33,004 nt of DNA from Candidatus Nealsonbacteria bacterium RIFCSPLOWO2_01_FULL_38_120. GTDB taxonomy: Bacteria > Patescibacteriota > Minisyncoccia > Minisyncoccales > GWA2-38-27. The DNA lies in NCBI GenBank assembly GCA_001821475.1, contig MHMF01000002.1, positions 1-33,004 of the forward strand. Direction: 5' to 3'. Below the pieces are notes generated by a model. The model was not told where the DNA came from. It did not search any database and saw only the letters and a program-made list of their open reading frames with translations. Position 1 is the first letter of the stretch; each line of letters begins with the position of its first letter. Position numbers and translations under genes: made by a program. Shown one piece after another: positions 1 to 8,902 of the stretch.

Positions 1-54
1 GAACTGGACGCAGCCGTGGATATGATGGAGGGAAAATTCCCTGTTAACCTTTGA
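1..54 (+). CDS. 3' end of an unidentified CDS entering from outside the window (reads ...ELDAAVDMMEGKFPVNL then TGA)
   Basis: Open frame from base 1 to TGA at 52-54. By eye it is more GC-rich than the next 10 kb. Too short to identify. Confidence 0.3.
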   Translation, partial: ELDAAVDMMEGKFPVNL

Positions 55-62
55 ATACTAAA

Positions 63-1553
63 TTAGAACTTAACGATCTCAAAAGATAACCGCTTATGTT
101 TTGAGGTTTTTTTATTACTGTAATCACCCTCATGTGACCATTTATCTACCTTTCGTTTCCAAACACTACCTGTTATCAATAACTTCAATTTTTTATCTTT
201 CAGATACTTTTTGAGGTACTTTGTCTTTATCATTAACAGGTGGCCATAATTAGCTAATTCAAATCTATCCTCTCCCTGCCTCCCAACATTTCGGTAATAA
301 CCATCTTGCCAATTAAGACAGTATGCTACCAATTCCCGCCCTTTATAATAATTTAATGTGTTTTTCTTTTGGGTTAATTTAAAGTGTTCTATTATCTCTG
401 GCGCGGGGAAAAGTTTTGTGCAATCATCGAAGTCCTCGGAAACAATCCCATACGAGGGAAATAATTTATCTTTCAATACATCGTGTCGATTGCCAGAATC
501 ATCCAAATATAGCCTACCATTTTGTTTTGCTTTTAATGGTAACTCATTTATATAGCAATTTCGACAACTGTAATTCGGCGTAGAAAATTCAAGCTTTCTT
601 GAAATATTAGACACTGGCGGCTTAATAAAACACGCTGTTATATGCCTATCAAACGACTTGTCTTCGTGCTTAAAACTTGAATTTTCGTATAAAGGAAACC
701 ATTCTTTTTTAGGATCAAAAAACTCATAAGTGCTCTTTTTGTTTATTTTTTGTTTAATCCAGATATTGGTTTCTGTTTTTAGTTCTGTGAAGTGCAAGAA
801 GGACGGCCTTTCTTGAACCATAAGCTGGGGCATAGAAGCGTCCCAGTTGCGCTCGTCTATTAAAAATTCTGACCAATCATCATTTCTGGCGGTTAAGTTA
901 TTAACACACCACATCAGAAACATTTGTATCCCGTGTCTGGCAAAATAATTAAGTTTCGTTTCATAACGATTGCCATCAAAATCATGTTGCCAACGTGATG
1001 GCCTCTCTTTCCAATATTGAGTTCCTTTTTTATATCCCAATGCTCTCATATAGGCAAATAATTGTTTGGTTGCTTTTTTACAATCGTATCGAAAAGTTCT
1101 ACATATACGAGACAGCTCATATTTATGATTTCTATCACCTAAGGAATACTCTAAAAAATGATCGCAATTATCGGAAAAATAATCTGCATTTTCTGACCCA
1201 TTTAACTTCGGTATAATTCTTTTAGTAATCCGATTAATGTCCAACACTTGGCCGTCAATCTTATTTAAAATATCTCTGCATAAAAGCGCTATGGAAAAAT
1301 GGTTGGTTTTTAATCCAAGTTTTGCAATTTTAGCGCTCATCGCTTTTACCTTATCCTGGTTTTCGTGGCTGATTGCAAATATAACTCTGAGACTATTCAG
1401 AACGATGTCAAAATTATTTGAATCAAGATTCAAGCCTAATTGTTTTATAGCTTCTGTATTTGACCTCTCTTTAAACAAGCACAATAAAGATTTATTGCGG
1501 TGTGCAACAATTGGCGAATTTAAATATTTAGTAATAAATTCAAGTGTATTCAT
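63..1553 (-). CDS. Hypothetical 496-aa protein with no motif I can name; translationally coupled downstream partner of the STAND NTPase
   Basis: Long uninterrupted ORF. Its ATG (1553-1551) overlaps the TGA (1552-1550) of the upstream 1585-aa gene as ATGA. No P-loop, HTH, or obvious nuclease or peptidase motif recognised. Confidence 0.75.
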   Translation of the reverse strand: MNTLEFITKYLNSPIVAHRNKSLLCLFKERSNTEAIKQLGLNLDSNNFDIVLNSLRVIFAISHENQDKVKAMSAKIAKLGLKTNHFSIALLCRDILNKIDGQVLDINRITKRIIPKLNGSENADYFSDNCDHFLEYSLGDRNHKYELSRICRTFRYDCKKATKQLFAYMRALGYKKGTQYWKERPSRWQHDFDGNRYETKLNYFARHGIQMFLMWCVNNLTARNDDWSEFLIDERNWDASMPQLMVQERPSFLHFTELKTETNIWIKQKINKKSTYEFFDPKKEWFPLYENSSFKHEDKSFDRHITACFIKPPVSNISRKLEFSTPNYSCRNCYINELPLKAKQNGRLYLDDSGNRHDVLKDKLFPSYGIVSEDFDDCTKLFPAPEIIEHFKLTQKKNTLNYYKGRELVAYCLNWQDGYYRNVGRQGEDRFELANYGHLLMIKTKYLKKYLKDKKLKLLITGSVWKRKVDKWSHEGDYSNKKTSKHKRLSFEIVKF

Positions 1554-4500
1554 TTCGATAATGATAAGCGAGTAGACTTATTTACAATCCTTTTCCAATC
1601 TTCAAAAGAATATTTTTTAATTTCGGGAATATATTTATCGATACTATCAGAAGAATAGATAAAAAGCTGAGGAAGATAATAACTACTTCCAGTTAACCTA
1701 CGGATACTTAGCAATAACGCTTTTCTCAATAAGGTTCTCTTTAGGGGAAATTCTATTTTATCCAACTCTTTTATTATCTCTGTCAAATTATACTCTCGAT
1801 CGGATGCGTCTATTTGTTCTAAAACCTCCGAGCGCGTTCTTGTTAGTATCCGTTTATTGTTTGCTTCTGCCGCCTTTTTCATTATAGAGGAGAGCAATTT
1901 GGGGCTGCTTATATTTATCTTGTTTTCCAATCCCCATTTTCTAATTTTTTGCAGATCGACATCGCTAAGAGATGATACCAGTTCCACAATTAAGCTATCT
2001 GTAAAATAACCTTTTGTTTTGGCATATTCACTTATTCTTTTTTGAAGAATATTAATGCGCCCTTTTCTGGCTAAATTTTTTAACTGTTTGATATTTAAGC
2101 CATCATAAGTAACCTTGAACTCAGAATTACTTTTCTCAACCGCTCGGTATCCTTCGCATTCTAATTGCTTCAAATATTTATTAACTTTATTGACAATATC
2201 TTTTAGCGCAGAAGTAGCCAACGCAGCAACGAAGTTTCTTAATAAGTTTATTCTATATGACGGCTCAATATCTGTTTTAAGAATATCTATATATTGACTC
2301 GCCAGCTTCTCAGCAGTTGCATAATCTTCATTTGATAAAGACCATTTTATGACGGTTAGATAAACAGCAGAAATATGTTCAAAATAATCAGAGGAATTTT
2401 CCTCCTTAATATCCATCAATCTTAGAAGCGGTAAGATTTCGGAAATTTCTCTGTATGGATAGCGTTTTACAAAAGTTGATATTATCCTTCTTAATGCTTC
2501 GTTCTGATTCACCTCGCTCTTTACTACGAATGGAAAAAAATAATCCAAAGCCAGATGATAATCTGCATAAGTGGCAGATTCCAAAAAATCAAGTTTCCGA
2601 TACCACGCACCCTCTATAACATTAGAAACACGATCGATTTGCTTTAAAATTGGTGGGAATTGCTCTTTGTCCTGCGTCCTTAAAGTATCTATAAGACTGC
2701 TTATTCTTAAGTCGCCCTTATTCCAAAGACCACGAGAATATCTTAGATTTTTATCAAATATTTCCTCTGCCATCTCTGAGAAGCCTTTATCGGCAGCAAG
2801 AACGGCCAACCTCTTTAGATTATCGCTTTTATTTAAATTATCTAGTTCTTCTTTTTGTCTCCATTCTAACGCCTTATTTAAATAACCCTCTATTTTATCT
2901 TTTAGCAAAGACGATCTAACTGACGACAAATTGATTAGACTTTCTAAAAGATCAACTCGGCTATTTAAATAATCAGCGCCTAGTATATTTTCCAATTTAT
3001 TTAATGCTAACAGAAACTTGTTCGGAAATAAGGAATCTATTATAAAAAAATTATCCCTAATTAAATCTAGGATATCTTGGCTGTAGGGATATAAATTTTT
3101 TTGTATATCAGAAGAATAAATATTAGCCGAAGACTTTATCTCGTCCACCTTTTTCTTGTAAAGCTTTAAGTGAATTTCAAAAGATTTCCAGAAATTTTTC
3201 CAATCAATCTTATCCGCACGCAAAAGCAATCTCTTTTTTGTTATATCTTGTTCTATGGACAGAACTTTTACAAATTCTGGGTTTTCTTTTTCCGAGCTAT
3301 CATTTGATTGTGGAAATTTAGTTTTAAGAGAGGCTGAGTAAAACGCCTCAATATTAAAACCCTTATCTACTAAAGATTTCAACGCTACCCATCTTAAAAA
3401 TGTCTCTCGAGGGTTTCCATTAGACCCCCAATAAGAATATCCGTGATCGTGGGACGGAATTTCTATATCAACCTTAGTCAGTAGATTTAATATTCTCTTC
3501 TTGTAATTTTTAATTTTGTAGATAAATAATGCTTCTGCTAAATCAAGACGTTGGCTTACATTCCTATCGTTGTAGAGATATTTCTCCAAATCATCATCAA
3601 CGAGTAGTTTTTTAAAATCTTGCTTATCAGAAACTTTAATTCCACTGTTTTCAAAAAGTAAATACGTCAAAAGGCGTTCTATCTTAGTGGAACGTTTCAA
3701 ATTTCGAAGCGTCTCTTTTGTGTTAATTTTAAAATTTTGAAGATGTATATCTGAAAGATAGCGACACCTCAAACCTTCAAATATTGCTTTATGTTTTTTA
3801 AAGCCAACTTCTTTCTTGAGGAATCTAATAGCGTTTTTGTATCGATTTGTATTTACTAATGCGCGGGCAAACTGTTCAATATTATTTTCTATATCGTGAC
3901 GTGCATTTTCGTCCTCTCCCCAAAGCAGTTTCCGATTTAATGAAATTCTAAATAAACTATCATCAATAAATCTTTGAGCTAAATTTATACATTTTTTATC
4001 CCTGTTTTCAAAAAGGATATTTCCAATAGCTAATCTTTTAAAAACCCATTCTCGTGTTAACCAGGGTTGATCCCCCATAGGAAGCAATAACTCCTCCTCC
4101 ACTTCCTTTAACAATTTTTCGGTAGCAATCCTAGTCTTTGTATAAATATCTTCATCGTGAACAGTTGGATAAATATCGCTAGCAGTAATTGCGTAATGAA
4201 CCAACTGCTCAATATTATTAGTTTTATAAAAATAATTTACAAAACTTTTACCAATTTCTACTTTTGTTTGGTTATCAAGATTAGACTGAAGTATTTTTTT
4301 ATAGAATTGATCCCGATGAAACTTGGCAAAAATGTTCCTAACAGATAGTTGCGATAAACCAATAGCCTCTAAATGCTTAGTTATATATTTGCGGCCATAT
4401 TCCAAATGTGTATTTTGAGAATAATATTTAGAGATTCTTTGATGATAGGCGCTTTTATCTTTTGATAATTTACTTACCACAAATCTTCTAAAACTATCGT

Positions 4501-6304
4501 GGTATGGTTCAAGTTTTCTACCGCCTCCATCTAGGAAATGCTCAATAGTTTCAATTAAATGATTAAAACTGGCTATTTTAAACTTAGATACAATTTTCCG
4601 CAAATCTTCTCTTGGCACGGGCGAAAAGTGAAAACATAGATAACCTAAGCATTCTCTTTCTTGATTATTTAAACTTTCCCAAATTGGCTTATACCAATCA
4701 AAAACTTCTTTATAGTGTAAATTTGAGCGAATTATACTGTCAACGCCATCGTGGCTATGTAGTTTTTTGCTGAGATAAAATAAAGAAATGGCCAATCCGC
4801 CAGTACCTTTTTTGATAACAGCTATTTGATCCTGAGATAAAGTTATACCTGCTTGTTTAAAATATTCCTTTATTTCCTTCTCACAAAAGTAGAGGTCTAT
4901 ACTGATTTGTTTTTTGATCTTATTAGATAAATTTTTTATTGACTGTGGTAGATATTCTTTTCCCCAGGTACTTAAAAGGAAGACTACACCAGGATAGTTA
5001 ACTAATGGTATGGCATCAAGGACAGATCGATCTTTATACCTATCTGTTTCCACTTGGTCTAGAGCATCAACAATAATAACAATCTTCTTACCTGGCCTCT
5101 GAAGTGCTTTTTCGCTTAACCTCTTTAAAGCTTCATCAAAAGTCTTATCAATGAAATCCTCATTATCTTTAATACCTACAGACATTTTAATTAATCCGAA
5201 TTCATAACATCTCTGGATAATATCTGCTTTAAACCAAGAACTCTTCAAACGATTATTATTGGAATATCCAATTCTTCCCTTACTAACTTCAAATGGACGA
5301 ATGCGACAAAAATATGGTAGAAAATCTGAATTTCTATCCGCCAACATAGAAAGTAAAACAGTTTTTCCTGAACCAGAGGGAGCAAAAAGAAAAACAAATC
5401 CTCCGTCTTTTTTCTTTGCTTCAACCGCTTTAATAATTTTACTTTCAAGATCGGGACGTTCTACATAATTTGGTGGCGCAATTATTTCCTGAAGTAAGCC
5501 TGTTTTTAATCTATCAATTAGTCCGAAAACTCGCTCTGGAAGTATTTCTATCTGGTTAGATGCAAATACCTTTGTAATCCTACCAATAAAAGCATTAATT
5601 CTGTCGTCATCAAATACTCCCTGTTCTTTCAATTTTTCTACGAGCTTCTCATGTAAAGGATCGATATCAGGAAGCTTTTGGAATTGTAAAGCAGAGATAA
5701 AACTCTTCAATTCATTTTTATTAATTAAAGGTTCTTTTTTGCAGTTCAATTCAATATTTTGAATTTCAGAAGAATATTTAGTTTGAAAATTTTGCCAAGA
5801 TAATTTTCTCTTTTTTAATTTCTGAATATCTTTTAGAAAATTATCTAAGTTGCTGGTAGGAGTTTTATTGCTTGCAACAATAAGTCGAATACATTTATTA
5901 CTTTTTTTATGCGTACGCCAGCTTTTGAGAAACTTAAATATGTTTGTTCCTTCCTTAGGATTTTTAGCGTTCGGCCTAGTAGTCCACAAATCACCAAAAC
6001 CCCATTTAGTACCAGTCTTAAGTGTATGCTTAATTTGTATTACTTCGATGCTCCCATCTTTTAAAAATCTTGTTAAATCTTCAATCCTCCTATTGGCTCC
6101 GTCTTTTCTGTCTGGTTTGATTTCTATCTTAAAAACAGACGGATTCTTTTCTACAAGACCCAAAAAACAAAGACCAGCAAATAGTTTTTCAAAATAGAAT
6201 GGAGCGTCTTCATTTTTCACTACTTTAGTCATAAAGTTATACACACTTACATTTTCGTAATATTTTCGGTATACTGTAAGTGTATCACTTAAATTAAGAA
6301 ACAT
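1550..6304 (-). CDS. Tripartite STAND (NACHT-like) P-loop NTPase with an N-terminal DUF4297/Cap4-like PD-(D/E)xK nuclease-like domain and a C-terminal helical sensor region of about 1100 aa (Avs/bNACHT-like antiphage protein)
   Basis: N-terminal block IEDLTRFLKDGSIEVIQIKH (D76, Q91-x-K93, about nt 6029-6082) resembles the D...QxK signature of DUF4297/Cap4 nucleases. Walker A is APSGSGKT at 5360-5383. Walker B is IVIIVDALDQ at 5057-5083 (NACHT-like hhhhDxxD). A long Leu/Lys/Glu-rich tail follows. The track start is TTG 6307; ATG 6304 or the internal ATG at 6232 (M26) are alternatives. Confidence 0.8.
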   Translation of the reverse strand: MFLNLSDTLTVYRKYYENVSVYNFMTKVVKNEDAPFYFEKLFAGLCFLGLVEKNPSVFKIEIKPDRKDGANRRIEDLTRFLKDGSIEVIQIKHTLKTGTKWGFGDLWTTRPNAKNPKEGTNIFKFLKSWRTHKKSNKCIRLIVASNKTPTSNLDNFLKDIQKLKKRKLSWQNFQTKYSSEIQNIELNCKKEPLINKNELKSFISALQFQKLPDIDPLHEKLVEKLKEQGVFDDDRINAFIGRITKVFASNQIEILPERVFGLIDRLKTGLLQEIIAPPNYVERPDLESKIIKAVEAKKKDGGFVFLFAPSGSGKTVLLSMLADRNSDFLPYFCRIRPFEVSKGRIGYSNNNRLKSSWFKADIIQRCYEFGLIKMSVGIKDNEDFIDKTFDEALKRLSEKALQRPGKKIVIIVDALDQVETDRYKDRSVLDAIPLVNYPGVVFLLSTWGKEYLPQSIKNLSNKIKKQISIDLYFCEKEIKEYFKQAGITLSQDQIAVIKKGTGGLAISLFYLSKKLHSHDGVDSIIRSNLHYKEVFDWYKPIWESLNNQERECLGYLCFHFSPVPREDLRKIVSKFKIASFNHLIETIEHFLDGGGRKLEPYHDSFRRFVVSKLSKDKSAYHQRISKYYSQNTHLEYGRKYITKHLEAIGLSQLSVRNIFAKFHRDQFYKKILQSNLDNQTKVEIGKSFVNYFYKTNNIEQLVHYAITASDIYPTVHDEDIYTKTRIATEKLLKEVEEELLLPMGDQPWLTREWVFKRLAIGNILFENRDKKCINLAQRFIDDSLFRISLNRKLLWGEDENARHDIENNIEQFARALVNTNRYKNAIRFLKKEVGFKKHKAIFEGLRCRYLSDIHLQNFKINTKETLRNLKRSTKIERLLTYLLFENSGIKVSDKQDFKKLLVDDDLEKYLYNDRNVSQRLDLAEALFIYKIKNYKKRILNLLTKVDIEIPSHDHGYSYWGSNGNPRETFLRWVALKSLVDKGFNIEAFYSASLKTKFPQSNDSSEKENPEFVKVLSIEQDITKKRLLLRADKIDWKNFWKSFEIHLKLYKKKVDEIKSSANIYSSDIQKNLYPYSQDILDLIRDNFFIIDSLFPNKFLLALNKLENILGADYLNSRVDLLESLINLSSVRSSLLKDKIEGYLNKALEWRQKEELDNLNKSDNLKRLAVLAADKGFSEMAEEIFDKNLRYSRGLWNKGDLRISSLIDTLRTQDKEQFPPILKQIDRVSNVIEGAWYRKLDFLESATYADYHLALDYFFPFVVKSEVNQNEALRRIISTFVKRYPYREISEILPLLRLMDIKEENSSDYFEHISAVYLTVIKWSLSNEDYATAEKLASQYIDILKTDIEPSYRINLLRNFVAALATSALKDIVNKVNKYLKQLECEGYRAVEKSNSEFKVTYDGLNIKQLKNLARKGRINILQKRISEYAKTKGYFTDSLIVELVSSLSDVDLQKIRKWGLENKINISSPKLLSSIMKKAAEANNKRILTRTRSEVLEQIDASDREYNLTEIIKELDKIEFPLKRTLLRKALLLSIRRLTGSSYYLPQLFIYSSDSIDKYIPEIKKYSFEDWKRIVNKSTRLSLSK

Positions 6305-6315
6305 CAATCAAGTTT

Positions 6316-7842
6316 ATGCCTCTTCCAATAACAAAAAGACAAAAACAGGTATTTGATTTTATAAAGGGATATATTGCCGATCGAGGCTACTCTCCCACTT
6401 TTGAAGAAATGAAGAGGGGTCTTAAACTTTCGGCTGTATCAACTGTCTACCAACATATAGATGCCCTCATTAATAAAGGCTATATTAAGAAGTTTGATAA
6501 TATGGCACGGGCTATTGAAATTAATAAAACAAAGAAAAAGAATCGAGACCTTATAGAAATCCCCCTAGTTGGAACAATCGCAGCTGGCGAACCTATAGAA
6601 GCGATAGAAGTGCCAGACAAAACCATCACCCTATCACGAGAAGAACTCCCATCATCTGGTAAACACTACGCTTTGCGGGTGAATGGCAACAGCATGGTTG
6701 ACGATGGTATATTTGACGGAGATATCGTTGTAATTCGTGAACAACAAACTGCCGACAATGGACAGACGGTAGTCGCAATTATTGATGATAATCAAGCAAC
6801 ACTCAAAAGAATCTACCGAGAAAAAAATAGATTTCGTTTACAGCCAGCCAATCAAACCCTCTTGCCTTTTTACAGAACAGAGGTCGAGATTAGGGGTGTG
6901 GTAGTAAAGATCATCAGGGAGCTTGAATCAGCGCAAGATCAGGATAGCGAATTAATTAAATTAATAAAAACGATGCCGCCGACAACTAATGTACACCGAA
7001 CAGCGACATCAGAACCTAATGAGAAAGCAAAACCTTTTATACAATGGGTTGGCGGAAAAAGAGAAATGATTCCTCAATATGAAGAATTCATTCCCAAAAA
7101 ATTTAATACCTATTACGAACCTTTTCTTGGCGGGGGGGCAATGTTCTTCTGTCTCCAACCAGAAAAAGCAGTCTTATCCGACAATAATACCGAGCTTATA
7201 AAAACATATGAGGGAGTAAGAGACAACCCAGAAGAAGTTATAAAAATACTTAAAGAATTAAAATCAAAACATTCTGGAGAACTCTATGCTAAGATTAGAA
7301 ATCTCGATCGGGAGATAAGCATTTTTCATAAACTAAACAATGCTGAAATTGCAGCAAGAATGATTTACCTTAATCAGACCTGCTTCAACGGCCTTTATAG
7401 GGTCAACCAGAAAGGCCAATTTAATGTGCCAATAGGCAGTTCGCTCAATCGCTTAATTTGTGATGAGCACACGCTTCGTAATGCGAGTAAAATATTAAAA
7501 AAAATTACAATCGAAGAAACAGATTTTGATACATCAACGAACGACGCAAAAAAAGATGACTTTATATACTTTGATCCACCCTATTATCCAGTCTCAATTT
7601 ATTCTGATTTTACCAGATATACTAAAGAAAAATTCTACAAGGAAGACCAAATAAGGTTAAAAAACGAAATTGATAGATTGAACAAAATCGGCTGTAAGAT
7701 TATGCTTTCCAACTCGGATTGTGAATTTATAAGGGATTTATATGCGGGTTATAATTTACATAGGGTTTATTCCAGTCGGTCATTAAACTGCAAAAAAGAC
7801 AAGCGAGGCAAAGTATCTGAGCTTCTTATAGTAAATTATTAA
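6316..7842 (+). CDS. Fusion protein: LexA-type repressor (wHTH plus S24 autopeptidase, aa 1 to about 205) joined by a linker to a Dam-family (D12 class, alpha) N6-adenine DNA methyltransferase (aa about 238-508)
   Basis: The N-terminus aligns by eye along E. coli LexA. PLVGTIAAGEPIEA matches the Ala-Gly cleavage site (A90-G91 at 6583-6588). NGNSM carries the catalytic Ser126 (6691-6693). ATLKR carries the catalytic Lys164 (6805-6807). The C-terminal half has Dam motifs QWVGGKR, EPFLGGGAMFF, NQTCFNGLYRVN..FNVP and DPPY (7573-7584). There is no stop codon between the halves. Confidence 0.85.
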   Translation: MPLPITKRQKQVFDFIKGYIADRGYSPTFEEMKRGLKLSAVSTVYQHIDALINKGYIKKFDNMARAIEINKTKKKNRDLIEIPLVGTIAAGEPIEAIEVPDKTITLSREELPSSGKHYALRVNGNSMVDDGIFDGDIVVIREQQTADNGQTVVAIIDDNQATLKRIYREKNRFRLQPANQTLLPFYRTEVEIRGVVVKIIRELESAQDQDSELIKLIKTMPPTTNVHRTATSEPNEKAKPFIQWVGGKREMIPQYEEFIPKKFNTYYEPFLGGGAMFFCLQPEKAVLSDNNTELIKTYEGVRDNPEEVIKILKELKSKHSGELYAKIRNLDREISIFHKLNNAEIAARMIYLNQTCFNGLYRVNQKGQFNVPIGSSLNRLICDEHTLRNASKILKKITIEETDFDTSTNDAKKDDFIYFDPPYYPVSIYSDFTRYTKEKFYKEDQIRLKNEIDRLNKIGCKIMLSNSDCEFIRDLYAGYNLHRVYSSRSLNCKKDKRGKVSELLIVNY

Positions 7843-7843
7843 T

Positions 7844-8902
7844 ATGAGATTTATTGGTAACAAAGAAAAATTATTAGAGCGAATTCATCAGGCCGTATTA
7901 TCTACCAGTGTCAAAGATGGCGTATTTTGCGATTTTTTCTCTGGCACTTCAAATGTCGGCCGCTTTTTCAAAGAAAAGGGGTTCAAAATTATTTCATCTG
8001 ATCTTCTTTATTTTTCATATGTACTTCAAAAAGCTTATATATCAAATAATACCGAACCAAAATTTACAAAGCTTCTTAAGAATATTAAAACGCCTAAAAA
8101 CAATCTCTTCTCTTCTCCATTTGAATCTATCAAAAATTATCTCAATAACTTAAAAGGAGTTAATGGTTTTATTTATAAAAATTACACTGAAGAAGGAACG
8201 AAAAATCAGCAGTATAAGCGAAAATACTTTATTGCAGAAAATGCAAAAAGAATCGATGCTATACGCATTAAAATAGAAGAATGGAAAGAGAAAAATCTGA
8301 TAAATGAAAACGAGTACTTTATTTTATTAGCATCTCTAATAGAAAGTGCTCCTTTCTACGCAAACATATCGGGAGTATATGCCGCATTCCTTAAGCAATA
8401 TGATCCAAGAGCGCTTAAGCGTTTTGAGATGAAATCAATAAAATTTTATTCTGGGAAAAAATCTCATGCAGTTTATAACAAGGATAGCATGGATCTTCTC
8501 AATAATCTTGATGCAGATATCCTTTATATCGACCCTCCATACAACAATAGACAATATGCACCAAATTATCATCTGTTGGAAACTATTGCTAAATATGACA
8601 ACCCCCCAATAAAAGGCGCTACTGGCCTGCGAGATTATAAAAATCAGAAATCAGATTTCTGCAACAAAGAAACTGCGCTAACTGCGCTTGATAAGATAGC
8701 AAAAACGGCTAAGTATAGATATCTAATCCTTAGCTATAATTCCGAGGGCATAATGCCAGAGAAAGATATAATGTCCGTACTAAAAAAATATGGAGAAGTC
8801 ACTCTTCAAAATATCAATTACCCAAGATTTAAGAGCAATAATAACGGAGATTCAAGGCACAAGAAAACAATCCAAGAGCAACTATATATTTTAAGAAGTT
8901 AA
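7844..8902 (+). CDS. Second D12-class (alpha) N6-adenine DNA methyltransferase
   Basis: MRFIGNKEKLL start, FxGxG-type motif DFFSGTSNVG, and DPPY at 8531-8542 (ILYIDPPYNNRQY). It starts 1 nt after the stop of the LexA-Dam ORF. From memory it resembles the N-terminal half of M.FokI; this is unverified. Confidence 0.85.
   Translation: MRFIGNKEKLLERIHQAVLSTSVKDGVFCDFFSGTSNVGRFFKEKGFKIISSDLLYFSYVLQKAYISNNTEPKFTKLLKNIKTPKNNLFSSPFESIKNYLNNLKGVNGFIYKNYTEEGTKNQQYKRKYFIAENAKRIDAIRIKIEEWKEKNLINENEYFILLASLIESAPFYANISGVYAAFLKQYDPRALKRFEMKSIKFYSGKKSHAVYNKDSMDLLNNLDADILYIDPPYNNRQYAPNYHLLETIAKYDNPPIKGATGLRDYKNQKSDFCNKETALTALDKIAKTAKYRYLILSYNSEGIMPEKDIMSVLKKYGEVTLQNINYPRFKSNNNGDSRHKKTIQEQLYILRS

Noticed and set aside
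35-56. CCCTGTTAACCTTTGAA near the window start as a possible leftover copy of the tRNA-Asn anticodon region (distal att site)
   Set aside because: Only the palindromic GTTAAC core and a few flanking bases match, about 9 of 13. The orientation is inverted relative to the tRNA. The match is too weak to call.
358-6197. Many 60-115-aa plus-strand ORFs inside the two large minus-strand genes (358-555, 995-1216, 1237-1575, 2115-2297, 2571-2885, 4157-4348, 5259-5468, 5850-6197) and the minus-strand ORF at 5245-5448
   Set aside because: They lie antisense to, or out of frame with, far longer ORFs that carry recognisable motifs. Their composition is low-complexity and Leu/Ser/Phe-rich, as expected from reading AT-rich coding DNA in the wrong frame.
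6272-6291. TACTGTAAGTGTATCACTTA as an E. coli-type SOS box (CTGT-N8-ACAG)
   Set aside because: The left half matches, but the right half reads CACT rather than ACAG. There is also no reason to expect gamma-proteobacterial LexA specificity in this organism. Only the 9-bp inverted repeat is reported.
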